DNA of 64,000 nt, taken from a virus. Location: the IMG/VR virus record IMGVR_UViG_3300006919_000001, positions 19,396 to 83,395 of that record, one strand, 5' to 3'. How positions within the stretch are numbered: position 1 is the stretch's first letter; every line of letters starts with the position of its first letter. Positions 50,331 through 60,176 of this stretch are shown here, in pieces. The position numbers and the translations under genes are program-made. Below the pieces are notes generated by a model that worked only from the letters and a program-made list of their open reading frames with translations, had not been told where the DNA came from and did no database searches.

Positions 50331-51911
50331 TTATCTTTCCTCTACTGACCATGATGAATCTATTTCTAGTGTACAGTTTTCTATACCTGTTATGTTTTTA
50401 ACATTCCAGAATAAGAATTCATTTTGATTTAATATTACGTTTGCCATACTGCTAAAATATGTAATGTCTCTTCCACCTTGTAAGTTATTTACAACTCTGG
50501 TTTGTGAGAATAATATATTATCTACCCCATCATTTTTGATAAGGTCTATTGTATATTCAGCATTGGCAGCTCCCTCTAATACAAAATCAAAGTTAACTGT
50601 ATATTCTCTAGGATTAATTCCCAAATGCCTTAACCTTCCATTGGATGGAGAGTCAAAGTGCTGTAGGTCTGTATTGGCAAACGTTCCAGCTATTTGAACT
50701 GGAGTATTTATAGTTGCTATAACCGTTTCTATCTGTGTAGATATTGTTGCTATTCCCCCTACAAAAGTGTTTGGCAATCCATTGTTTCCTTTCCAAAATG
50801 ATGCTAAATCTGAAGCGGATATGTTTGGCGTCAAGTTTGTATCTTTTGGAGACAATACTCCGTCTCTAGTGATTATTGTATTCCTTATATCCAACGTTCC
50901 AGGGTTTGGAAAGTTCACTTGTGAAAAGTCAAATAAAGATGCCAGAGTTGGCAAGTCACAATTGATATCCGTTAAGAATCTACTGTTCATTAAGAAAGCA
51001 GTTCCTGCTTTAAATAATGGTGTGGCCATTGATGCACTCAGGCTTCTAACTATTGAAGTTGTTATTCTGTACCCACCTAGCCAAGTTCCATGTAAAGTTA
51101 GAGATGGTGCTCCACCAAATCTTCCAGTCCCTTCCTCTAGTCCTTGTCTATAGTTATACATATCACCCAATGAGGAGCAGTCTATGAAGTTAACTCTTGC
51201 GAATTCAAATGCACTAAAACCCGTAGCATCATACAATTCATATACTTTACTATTAGTTCCTGATGTGGTTACAAAGTAATCGACACCTAGAATATTTCCA
51301 CTTCCAATTTCTGGAGATTCGGATACAAACATTGTATAATTATCTGCAGTGGAAACTAATCCAGCTACATCAAAGCTTGCGCCTCCTAATGTTAATCCAG
51401 TTGGTGGTACTGTAATTTGAGTTGTACCCATATCTATAACTCCATCTATGAAATATTTCTTAGATGAATCTATTATTCCACCAATTGTTTGGTCTTTATT
51501 TAATTGAGTAACCCTTATTTCAGAGTCTCTCGTATTAAGTTCTAATTGATTTGCAATTGCATTCCTATCAGATAACCAAGTTGAACCATTCCATACATAG
51601 AATCCCGCTGGATAGTATGTCCCACCAAGAGAACCGGGTGCCCAAGATGTTCCTTGGGAATTGTATACGTATGCTATTTGACCTAGGCTTCCGCCCGGTG
51701 TTAATGATGAATAATTATTTGCTACTTCTGTTATTTGAATAGCTGCGCCTGATGTCGCCTCGTTTATTGCTATTGGAATCTTACTATAATTGTATTTGTA
51801 CAATACATTTATGTCCTCAGCCCAATAGAAATCTCCGTATGGAAGTTCGCTTGGCTTATCAGCGTCGAGTCCTCCGTAGTGATTTATTGTGTATTGTCTT
51901 AAAAAACTCAT
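50331..51911 (-). CDS. Fibre/virion protein (probable start 51911)
   Basis: Beta-rich; N-terminal YGG..AD.P..LPYGD.Y.A.D motif shared with the next gene. Confidence 0.6.
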   Translation of the reverse strand: MSFLRQYTINHYGGLDADKPSELPYGDFYWAEDINVLYKYNYSKIPIAINEATSGAAIQITEVANNYSSLTPGGSLGQIAYVYNSQGTSWAPGSLGGTYYPAGFYVWNGSTWLSDRNAIANQLELNTRDSEIRVTQLNKDQTIGGIIDSSKKYFIDGVIDMGTTQITVPPTGLTLGGASFDVAGLVSTADNYTMFVSESPEIGSGNILGVDYFVTTSGTNSKVYELYDATGFSAFEFARVNFIDCSSLGDMYNYRQGLEEGTGRFGGAPSLTLHGTWLGGYRITTSIVRSLSASMATPLFKAGTAFLMNSRFLTDINCDLPTLASLFDFSQVNFPNPGTLDIRNTIITRDGVLSPKDTNLTPNISASDLASFWKGNNGLPNTFVGGIATISTQIETVIATINTPVQIAGTFANTDLQHFDSPSNGRLRHLGINPREYTVNFDFVLEGAANAEYTIDLIKNDGVDNILFSQTRVVNNLQGGRDITYFSSMANVILNQNEFLFWNVKNITGIENCTLEIDSSWSVEER

Positions 51912-52088
51912 TTGTTTTTGTTTTATGTTAATAAGTATCAATTTTAATTGTACTCTATATTCTCTATTAATAATTAAAGGAATACGTATCGTTTGAATGT
52001 AAATAAAGCAATCTAAGGGACTTTAAATGGTTTAACATATATTGTGTCAAATCATTATTTAAAGTCTCTTAGACCGTTTATATTTTAT

Positions 52089-53096
52089 TTATAGTTTTAT
52101 TCTTAATTCTCCTGTTGGTGTAGAATAGAATACTCCACTTGTAAGTCCACCAGCTAAAGCCGCAGCTTCATCTGCATATACTGGACTTGCACTTGTTTCT
52201 AAGTACTTTGCCATAACTTCACCTGCAAAGGTAGAAGGTAGGTCAACGTCTGAATCAATTACTTTAATTCCATTTGCTCTACCTTGAGTTAAATCATATC
52301 CAGCTTTTACCCAAAGATAAGAGCCTGAACCCCAACTTGAATTGCCTACTGGTCCTTGGTCAACTTCTAACATTAATCCAGTATAGAAAGCCATATCTCC
52401 TTTGGTCATTGCTAACTTAGAAATTGACCCATATACATCTATTATTGTAGCAGAATCATTATTCAAAGAAACATTACTTCTAGTTCCGTATGCAAAACTT
52501 ATTTCACCAGTTCCAGCAACATCCGTAAAATCAACTAAATTCTCAGCTGCACCTAATAACGCTACAGTTTCAATGCCTCTATTTCTATAGGATGCCTCGT
52601 TGTATAAACCGATTATCTCTGACGGTGCTCCAGTTGAATCAGTTCTTGCTCTATTATAAATACCTCTTAATTGAGATATATTACCAGCTCCATCATGTTC
52701 AGTTAGATTTGATATACCGTATACTAAATCTGCATTGTTTGCTGCATTGGCTTTGTTCACTGCATTGTAAAATGGAAACGTATTTCCACTTGTGGTTACT
52801 GAACCTAAAGAGTTAGAAAGGTTTGAACCAAAAGGGCTTGAAGCTCCTATGGTTAATTTTCCCGATACTAACTGTAAACTTTGAGTCGCTGCTACTGAAC
52901 CAACTGTTAATACTTGTTCTATGTTTCCTACCCCTGAAATTGCAGCACCACCAACCTTAACTGGTACGCCTTCATAATCATAAAGAAATAATTCTTTAGT
53001 GTCATCTGCAAAGTATCTATCACCGTATGGCAACGTTGCTGGTATGTCAGCGGCAGGTCCACCGTACTCACTTGTGTTAAAAATTTTTAAATACAT
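52089..53096 (-). CDS. Fibre/virion protein
   Basis: Shared N-terminal motif; C-terminal YADEAAALAGGL..G.FY.T..G.L.I motif. Confidence 0.6.
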   Translation of the reverse strand: MYLKIFNTSEYGGPAADIPATLPYGDRYFADDTKELFLYDYEGVPVKVGGAAISGVGNIEQVLTVGSVAATQSLQLVSGKLTIGASSPFGSNLSNSLGSVTTSGNTFPFYNAVNKANAANNADLVYGISNLTEHDGAGNISQLRGIYNRARTDSTGAPSEIIGLYNEASYRNRGIETVALLGAAENLVDFTDVAGTGEISFAYGTRSNVSLNNDSATIIDVYGSISKLAMTKGDMAFYTGLMLEVDQGPVGNSSWGSGSYLWVKAGYDLTQGRANGIKVIDSDVDLPSTFAGEVMAKYLETSASPVYADEAAALAGGLTSGVFYSTPTGELRIKL

Positions 53097-53116
53097 TTAT
53101 TTTATTTTTTGTACTA

Positions 53117-54382
53117 TTAAATGAATCCCTTTTGCCTATGCCTTCTAGCAGAGCGCTTTTGATTCTTATCTGGATTCTTCTTTGGAGTCTTACTGTTTAT
53201 ACCATATCTCATGGCAGCTAAACAATCTGGTTCGTGTGGAAGTTTCCCTTTCTTATCTCTTCTAAAAGTCATATAGGCTACATACAAATCTGTTGTATCA
53301 TCCCCTATTAACGTTATGTCCTTGTTTTGTACTTTTTTTATACCAGCCTCAACGTTACCCTTGGTTGCTTTTCTTATACTTGAATGGCCACCCATTCTAA
53401 TCTCAGAGATTAGTAATGGCATTGCTGAATCTGCATATATCTTAGCGTTAAAAGGTACACCAGCTTTTCTTAATAATGTAAGAGTGGCTCGTATTGATAA
53501 CTTGGCTTCGGAAAACATTTCCTCTACATAATAAACTCCATCTATCCACGTAATCTTCACGCAGGATGTTTTATCATTTCCACCATAACCAAAGTCCATA
53601 CCATACCATACATCACCATCCTCCATTAAATCAGGCCAATGATTCCATCCAGCATAGATTCTTCCTGATGCCTCAAGAGTCCACTCCGCTAAAATAGTAT
53701 TCCTATAGTAAACCGGATTGGTTCTTTCTAGGTCTCGGTATCTTTTAATAACCGATGGGTTCATATTCTCTAGGTTGTCTAGATAAGTACTATGAATATA
53801 CATGGTGTCAGAATGTCTTTCCGGATTCGGAAATCCTTCTATAAACCATTCTTTATGTATCCATGAACCAACTGAGGTTCCGGGATTGTAAATCAATATC
53901 ACTGCAAGTGGTTTACCTGCAATCCTGATTGATTCATCAACCTTTGAGAACTCATCAAAAGACTCCAGCTCTTCAGCCTCCTCTATTATCAAAGTAGTTA
54001 TACCTGACAATGATTTTAGCTTTGCTGTTTGTCCGCCTGTAGACCTAATACCTTTGAATGATATAGTCGCCCCTGTTTTTATATTTGTTATTACACCTTT
54101 GGATTCTCTAAAGTCTTTCTGCTTTCCGAGTAGCACAATCGCTGCCCTAACATCTGCTATGGTTGAATCCTCTGACGAACTCATGGTTTGTCTTAGGTAT
54201 AAAATCTTATGCTTGAATTTACTATACGTCTTTAATACTGATGATATTGACACCGTAAATGACTTTCCACTTCCCCTTCCACCATACACTTGGTAGTATC
54301 TAGGCTGGTCGATATAGTCTAGAAATAATGGTTCGAAGAGTGGTGATATTTTTAATACTCTCTTTTCCACTTTTTCTTTCAT
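53117..54382 (-). CDS. terL: Terminase large subunit (PBSX/SPP1-like)
   Basis: YGGRGSGKS Walker A, IIEEAEE Walker B, STYLDN, GMDFG, YADSA, DCLAAMRYG. Confidence 0.93.
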   Translation of the reverse strand: MKEKVEKRVLKISPLFEPLFLDYIDQPRYYQVYGGRGSGKSFTVSISSVLKTYSKFKHKILYLRQTMSSSEDSTIADVRAAIVLLGKQKDFRESKGVITNIKTGATISFKGIRSTGGQTAKLKSLSGITTLIIEEAEELESFDEFSKVDESIRIAGKPLAVILIYNPGTSVGSWIHKEWFIEGFPNPERHSDTMYIHSTYLDNLENMNPSVIKRYRDLERTNPVYYRNTILAEWTLEASGRIYAGWNHWPDLMEDGDVWYGMDFGYGGNDKTSCVKITWIDGVYYVEEMFSEAKLSIRATLTLLRKAGVPFNAKIYADSAMPLLISEIRMGGHSSIRKATKGNVEAGIKKVQNKDITLIGDDTTDLYVAYMTFRRDKKGKLPHEPDCLAAMRYGINSKTPKKNPDKNQKRSARRHRQKGFI

Positions 54383-54388
54383 AATCTT

Positions 54389-54814
54389 TTAATCTTTATT
54401 TTGTCCACCTGTAAATTTAATTACAACCGGATTATCATCTACACCATCAGTTCCACCAATCTCAATTTGTAAATCGGATTGTGTTGGAAACAATATTGTT
54501 GATAGTTCAGAGTCAATATTTGAGGCCACCCATTTGGATGCTTGAAAATGGTCTTTGTGTTGCGGGTCGTTTATAATATCATTTATATTATCAACCGACA
54601 CGTCCACCATCATTCTCTTATTAACTATCCACTCGTTTCTTAATTCGGTATTGTTAGCAAGCATCATGGAGACAATCGTTTTCTCTAGGCCGGTAGCTTT
54701 GGCTATCGTACTCCTAGTTGTCTTACCTTGCTTTATCGCAGCCCTGATTAGAACCTCTCTTTCACTACTAACTATCGCAGCTTCCCGAATACTATTCTTC
54801 ATGCTCTTTGCCAT
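54389..54814 (-). CDS. terS: Terminase small subunit
   Basis: N-terminal HTH; immediately upstream of terL. Confidence 0.65.
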   Translation of the reverse strand: MAKSMKNSIREAAIVSSEREVLIRAAIKQGKTTRSTIAKATGLEKTIVSMMLANNTELRNEWIVNKRMMVDVSVDNINDIINDPQHKDHFQASKWVASNIDSELSTILFPTQSDLQIEIGGTDGVDDNPVVIKFTGGQNKD

Positions 54815-55013
54815 AGTTCTCTTATTTTATTACCTCGTCCCTTATAGACTTAATGAGGTAGGTTAATGTCTCTTCTGTTATCTTACACACTATTTTTATG
54901 AACCTAACTACTACTATCACAATTTGAATTGGTGACAGTAGAAGCGCTAATAATAATGCTACAATCAATACTCCGAGTCTTTTCAATGTTCTCATAATTT
55001 GATCTTTTTTATT

Positions 55014-55083
55014 TAGTTAGTACCGTTGGGATCGAACCAACCACTCCGGCTATAGTACCGTTATGTCCTTTACACTTCTACTA
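55014..55083 (-). ncRNA. Degenerate tRNA-like element (6-nt anticodon loop)
   Basis: GTGT-AAAGG-ACAT D arm, CGGT-ACTATA-GCCG arm, GTTGG-TTCGATC-CCAAC T arm, ends A-CTA. Confidence 0.65.
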
Positions 55084-55138
55084 ATCTCCTTGTCGGGAGT
55101 ATAAAGTTCCAATGCACGAATGCCCGAAACTTACTTTT

Positions 55139-55654
55139 TTAATTACTTGCTCTCCATTCTCCTCCTCCAAATACTTGGATTCTTGGAACTAGTTTGCCCA
55201 CCTGCTGCTCTCCATCATCATCAAACTCTTCCTCTAAAAAAGAAAGAACATCAACCATAAAATCTTCTGCTACTGACTTTGCCTCATTTGACAATGCCTT
55301 TGCAGCATTTCTATCTTCAGCTCCATCTTCAGACGCAGAGATTAAACCCGAATCCGTAAAGACCGTGTGGTATAATCTTAATAGTCTACTATACGTATAA
55401 AAGCATAGTGCTGGTATAATCAAAGCTTTCAACTGCTTATCAGCATCGCTCACTGGAGTTATAGACGCTGGGTCTACAATACACCTCTTGAGATTATCTT
55501 CTCCGATTACCCTTTTTATATCTATATTTTGTGCTATCAGTTGTGCTGACTTACATTTGGTTTCATCAATATCCTGTTGAATATTACAATAATCTGCAAG
55601 CGCATCAACTATATTCGGGAGAATTAAAGAATTCTCATTTATTCCCGTATACAT
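55139..55654 (-). CDS. Head-tail adaptor protein
   Basis: AQ..DIK.VIG, I.PAL..Y.Y.R and T.SG pattern; follows the portal gene. Confidence 0.6.
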   Translation of the reverse strand: MYTGINENSLILPNIVDALADYCNIQQDIDETKCKSAQLIAQNIDIKRVIGEDNLKRCIVDPASITPVSDADKQLKALIIPALCFYTYSRLLRLYHTVFTDSGLISASEDGAEDRNAAKALSNEAKSVAEDFMVDVLSFLEEEFDDDGEQQVGKLVPRIQVFGGGEWRASN

Positions 55655-55672
55655 AATTGTTGTTTGTTTTTA

Positions 55673-57040
55673 TTAATCCAGCCAAACAGATACCTGCTCT
55701 TCTGTTAATCCAAAACCGGTAAGCATTTGCTCTGCTTGTGCTCTTGAGATTTCTTCTTTGTTAAATTTTCTAACCACCCTTTGTAGGTTTTGCATTTCAC
55801 GTCCACTCATTTTTGAAAATACAGCGTTCGCTTTTGCCTCCTCTAAAGTCTCTCCTTCAATTACTTCACCTTCAGGAAGAACGTCCTCTTCATCAAGTGA
55901 TAATTTCTTAATACTAATTGACTTGGTATTAAAAACGGAATGAGCCAGTATTCGATTTAGCTCTCCTTCTATCATATCTCTACCACCTTGTGTAATGGAA
56001 TTGAATACAAAGTAAGCCTCCTTTAAATCTGCCCCTGAGAATCCAGTTGAGTTGTCAATTCCCGATAATGCTGGTGGTATTAAATACGCCCCAGTGATTA
56101 CGTTCTTGTCAAGGTTATATGCTAATTCAGCAGCTTCTATAATTGCTTTCGAACCAGCTCCACCTCCACCTATTTCTTCAAGTAATGTAGCTGTAACCTC
56201 CTCTGGAGATAATCCACTAAATGTGATTATCTTTCCTGAGCCTCTAGCCCCTTGAGCTTCTGCTATTGCTGATTGCATTGCATCCAATGTTGCATCTCCA
56301 CTTTCCAATGAAGTTTTCAACATATATGTATTAATGAATCCAGTTGAAGTTTCTTTCCTTACTAGGATTGAATTTTCAACATCACTCAATACATAATTTA
56401 CTGGAGCCTGTAATGGAGATATCGGGTATGAACTATGCCCAGTTTCAGTGTGGTAAAGCATTTGCCCTAAATAGTTTCCTATTCCACCTTTTGTGCTCTC
56501 TATTTGCTTCAAGGCAACCTCCGGATTGAATCTATCAAACCATCTTATGTCTCCTTTTGTAAGTGCTTTTGTAATTGCTTTGTGAACCTCTGAATTCCTA
56601 CCAAAGTTTTGGTGGTATCCTATTTTAGAAGCATAGTTTAATTCATCGAATTGATTGAACCTAAGCTCTGCAATTCTCATTGGATTAATTCCAGTTACTT
56701 TTCCTTCTAAATTATAATTAACCTGCAAGGCGAATGCCTCCCAAGTAGCGTAATCTTCAGCCATGATTGATACAACTTTCTTCAAAGTCAATCCTCTAGT
56801 TGAAACTATTTCATCTTCTCCATCAAACCCAGCACCTTTGTAAAACTTAGCGGTTCTTGTAACTGCTGGTTTTGCGTTGGCTGATTGTTCGATTAAATTA
56901 ATCATTGATTGTGGAAATGTATTTGTAAATCCCCAATCCATAATACCCAAGGAAATATTCTCCCTTGTCCATATTTGTGCAACTTCTCGATGTGATTGCA
57001 TGTTGAAGTTGGTTACTGCTGGTATGTTATATTTTGACAT
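55673..57040 (-). CDS. Portal protein
   Basis: WG..N.FPQ, G..GSGK, I...Y.IPP.L.GI...TGFS, Q...IE..LN.I. Confidence 0.8.
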   Translation of the reverse strand: MSKYNIPAVTNFNMQSHREVAQIWTRENISLGIMDWGFTNTFPQSMINLIEQSANAKPAVTRTAKFYKGAGFDGEDEIVSTRGLTLKKVVSIMAEDYATWEAFALQVNYNLEGKVTGINPMRIAELRFNQFDELNYASKIGYHQNFGRNSEVHKAITKALTKGDIRWFDRFNPEVALKQIESTKGGIGNYLGQMLYHTETGHSSYPISPLQAPVNYVLSDVENSILVRKETSTGFINTYMLKTSLESGDATLDAMQSAIAEAQGARGSGKIITFSGLSPEEVTATLLEEIGGGGAGSKAIIEAAELAYNLDKNVITGAYLIPPALSGIDNSTGFSGADLKEAYFVFNSITQGGRDMIEGELNRILAHSVFNTKSISIKKLSLDEEDVLPEGEVIEGETLEEAKANAVFSKMSGREMQNLQRVVRKFNKEEISRAQAEQMLTGFGLTEEQVSVWLD

Positions 57041-57085
57041 AAGTCTATCTAATTTTATTTTAGATAGACTTTATCATCTATCCTG

Positions 57086-57307
57086 TTATTGTTGTGTTTC
57101 TTTTTTTCTATGCTTTCTTAATGTTTGAACGCAATGAGAGAATGAGTGTTTTTTCATATTGTGGTCCTCTACTTTAAATGTAGTTTGATATACATCATAA
57201 ACCGCACGCTCAGCGATTGGCCCAAATGATTTTGCAAATACGTCCACATCCAAGAATTTTTTCCTTGGCTTTCTTTTTACTGTTGTACTCTTGTTTACTA
57301 CTGACAT
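57086..57307 (-). CDS. Small basic hypothetical protein
   Basis: 73 aa; first gene of the packaging module. Confidence 0.5.
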   Translation of the reverse strand: MSVVNKSTTVKRKPRKKFLDVDVFAKSFGPIAERAVYDVYQTTFKVEDHNMKKHSFSHCVQTLRKHRKKETQQ

Positions 57308-57446
57308 TGTAATATAATTTTGGTAATATACTTTTGGAATATTCCGAGGTGTATACTGTGAACCTCTTTAATCCTTTTCAAAAATACGGATTGAGTTTTA
57401 ATTCAACCCGTACCCATAAAAACTAAATTATGAAAATTGAAAAGAT

Positions 57447-57523
57447 TGTTAACTAGCGGAGAGTCGAACTCCTATTATGAATACCCATTGTCCTGATTAA
57501 CAGTGTCAATGTTATTCCTAGTT
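57447..57523 (-). ncRNA. Degenerate tRNA-like element
   Basis: AACTAG/CTAGTT acceptor stem, TAAC/GTTA D stem, GGAG-TTCGACT-CTCC T arm; stunted anticodon arm. Confidence 0.55.
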
Positions 57524-57813
57524 ATAAAAATATTAGCTCCTAGCGAATCAAGCAACCTACGGAAATAGGTTGATGATATTTTATTTAATGTCCGCTCTAC
57601 TCTTTTTAATATCTTATGTTAATATAGTAGTACCAGACGCAATTACTTACTATCTGGACGCAATACTATACTATAAGTATCGAGGTAAGGCCTAACATTC
57701 TAATTACCAATACTTTAACTCTCTTTTCTATTCTACTTTATTTTTATAAAAACACTTATAATATAACGTCCAAAAAAACTCAGATGAGCCATTCCGGGAT
57801 TTTTTTAGTAATT

Positions 57814-60132
57814 CTACGAAAAAAACCAGTCTGAGTTTTTCAGTTCATCAATCCCCTTCTCCAAATCAAACCCTCTAAACGATGGAACCTCGACTTTACT
57901 TAACTCTTTCTGTATCTTAGATTCTCCAGATACCTGAGCCCTAAGCTCCTTGTCAAGCGTGTAGAGAGGCTTTCTCTTAATTAACTTATTGAACTCCTCC
58001 TTTGTAATATCTAGCATCACATCCACGTAATTTGGATGACACCCATATGAGTCATGAATCCAATCCGAATTTTCAATACCAGCCTTCTTCATCTTCATAG
58101 CCACTCTCCTTAGTAATTCAGCATCCAGTGCGTGAATATAATTTGGAGATATTGCTGACCGCATCTTAGCTGGAGAAACCCTTTTTGAAAACGTTTTCTT
58201 ACTAATGGTTACCCTTGACCTAGAGCCCGGCAAGGTACATAGTATTTGCCTTGACTTTAATTCCTTATTCTTTTTGTGTTCCACATAGAATCCATCATCG
58301 GTCGTCCACGTTACCTTACAATCTCCTCTTGAGATTAAATTACACATTCGTTGTACATATACCTCAAAGGCTTTACCGCCGTTTAAAACGCCTTGTATTG
58401 AGTCTCCAATTATCTTGGAGAATAATGCCGCGTTCTTCTTGGTAATCCACTTGTGTTCACATTTCAATTCCCTAAACATCTGCCATAGAATTTCAGCCCT
58501 ACCCTGAGCAGTTCCACCATAGTTGGAAACCATTGTAGGTTGCTTGCATATCTTTCTTCCATGCTCTGATAACAAATCTCTTAGAAATTCTAAGATTTCT
58601 CTCTCCGCTTTGTCATTGGACTGTATGATGCGTTTTTTAGTTTCCTCAATTGATTTCTGAGCCACCAACATATACGCATCCTGTCTTAGTATTTCACCAT
58701 CCTCATCATAAGTTGGCATCACATTAGTTGCTAGACATCCAGCTTTATCACCGGTGATGGCGCTAGTAAATTGAGAACCACTATTGCAGGCATCCAAATG
58801 TATTCTAGTATTTGGTGTATACATTCTATCATTCTCCCATTCATTCAATTCGATTTGGTGAGATAGGAATTGGTACGGTTCATCTGCTTCCATATAATCC
58901 GCATCAATCAAGTCTTTGCCTCTTTCAACTCTTTCTTCAAATGGTAATTTATCATCTCCATATAAACTTGCAAGGTATGCCCAATTCCATTCTGTACCGG
59001 CACTGGTTGGAGCCTCAACCTCTTTATACAATAGAAGCGCCTTAACAGCATCGGAGCCTTGAGGTGACAAACCAACTGGTAGCGGATAGATTCTTCCTCT
59101 AAAGTCATAAGAATGCGGAAAGTATAATACCTCCTCATCTTTATATCTATCAGCTATTCCAACAGCCAACTTTACGGCCCTATATTTACCGACCGCGCTT
59201 TCATAATCTCCCTTTTCCGCATTGTACAATTCAATCTGCTCCCTCGTTCTTAACCTTAGTTCTATAATCTCATTTTTCTTTTCCTCAGACATTTCCACAT
59301 CTTCCTCTAAGTCTTTTTCCCACACACATCCCCCCATCTCTGGAAATTCAGTATGGATGAAGTCGCTTTTTTTAGGGACACTAAGGTCTCTCTTTAGTTG
59401 GGCCAAAACTACTTTATTAATAACCCATGGAGTAGACTGTATGTAGTTTAGGCTGTTGTAAATCTTTTTAGAGAATGGCTCATACTCAATTTGAGAACCT
59501 GAAGGAGACCTTACCATCTCATATTGGTAATCTTCATAACCACCAGTGATTCCTAATTCGGGGTCATAGGTCCAATCAATTGGTTTAACCAACATAGGTT
59601 GAGGATAAAATGCCTCGGCCGCCTCTATGGTTAACTTCCCGATTATGGTCTCGGATAGCGTACATCTATAATTTAACCTCCATCTGTAGGTTTCTCCTTT
59701 TCTGTCCATCTCTCTTTCCGTATGAAAGTATGAGCTATAATCAACTATAACCTCTACCACTCTCCAAACCTCATCAAAGCCCAATTCTGGCATTAACTTA
59801 TCTTGAAGTGTTTGTATTTTTCTATGGCGATTTAAACTCTCTCCCTTTTGCTTGATGTCACCGGACAATAATAACATCACCTCCACGATTCTAACCAGTA
59901 AGATTTCGTCATCAGTAAAGTAGTTCTTATAAGCCTTTCTATGCATCTTTGCACAACCGGTACTTATCCAAACTTTTACATCATCAAAGATTCTCAATCC
60001 TTCGTCTAATAATAGTCTTTTTCCAATCTGTGTTGATGAAGCCTTCTTAGTGTCAAGAAAGTCTTTTGTCATAATGCCTTTCCACACCTGCCTCTCACCT
60101 AAGCGTTTCATTTGAAGTTCGTTTACATTCAT
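57814..60132 (-). CDS. T7-like single-subunit DNA-directed RNA polymerase
   Basis: DFRGRIY, PQGSD..KALL, HLDACNSGSQ (motif A), RKICKQPTMVSNYGGT (motif B), PNYIHALDA, IHDSYG (motif C). Confidence 0.95.
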   Translation of the reverse strand: MNVNELQMKRLGERQVWKGIMTKDFLDTKKASSTQIGKRLLLDEGLRIFDDVKVWISTGCAKMHRKAYKNYFTDDEILLVRIVEVMLLLSGDIKQKGESLNRHRKIQTLQDKLMPELGFDEVWRVVEVIVDYSSYFHTEREMDRKGETYRWRLNYRCTLSETIIGKLTIEAAEAFYPQPMLVKPIDWTYDPELGITGGYEDYQYEMVRSPSGSQIEYEPFSKKIYNSLNYIQSTPWVINKVVLAQLKRDLSVPKKSDFIHTEFPEMGGCVWEKDLEEDVEMSEEKKNEIIELRLRTREQIELYNAEKGDYESAVGKYRAVKLAVGIADRYKDEEVLYFPHSYDFRGRIYPLPVGLSPQGSDAVKALLLYKEVEAPTSAGTEWNWAYLASLYGDDKLPFEERVERGKDLIDADYMEADEPYQFLSHQIELNEWENDRMYTPNTRIHLDACNSGSQFTSAITGDKAGCLATNVMPTYDEDGEILRQDAYMLVAQKSIEETKKRIIQSNDKAEREILEFLRDLLSEHGRKICKQPTMVSNYGGTAQGRAEILWQMFRELKCEHKWITKKNAALFSKIIGDSIQGVLNGGKAFEVYVQRMCNLISRGDCKVTWTTDDGFYVEHKKNKELKSRQILCTLPGSRSRVTISKKTFSKRVSPAKMRSAISPNYIHALDAELLRRVAMKMKKAGIENSDWIHDSYGCHPNYVDVMLDITKEEFNKLIKRKPLYTLDKELRAQVSGESKIQKELSKVEVPSFRGFDLEKGIDELKNSDWFFS

Positions 60133-60176
60133 CTATTGGTCTTTTTCTTTTTTTATTATTATGTTAAATCTCCTTG

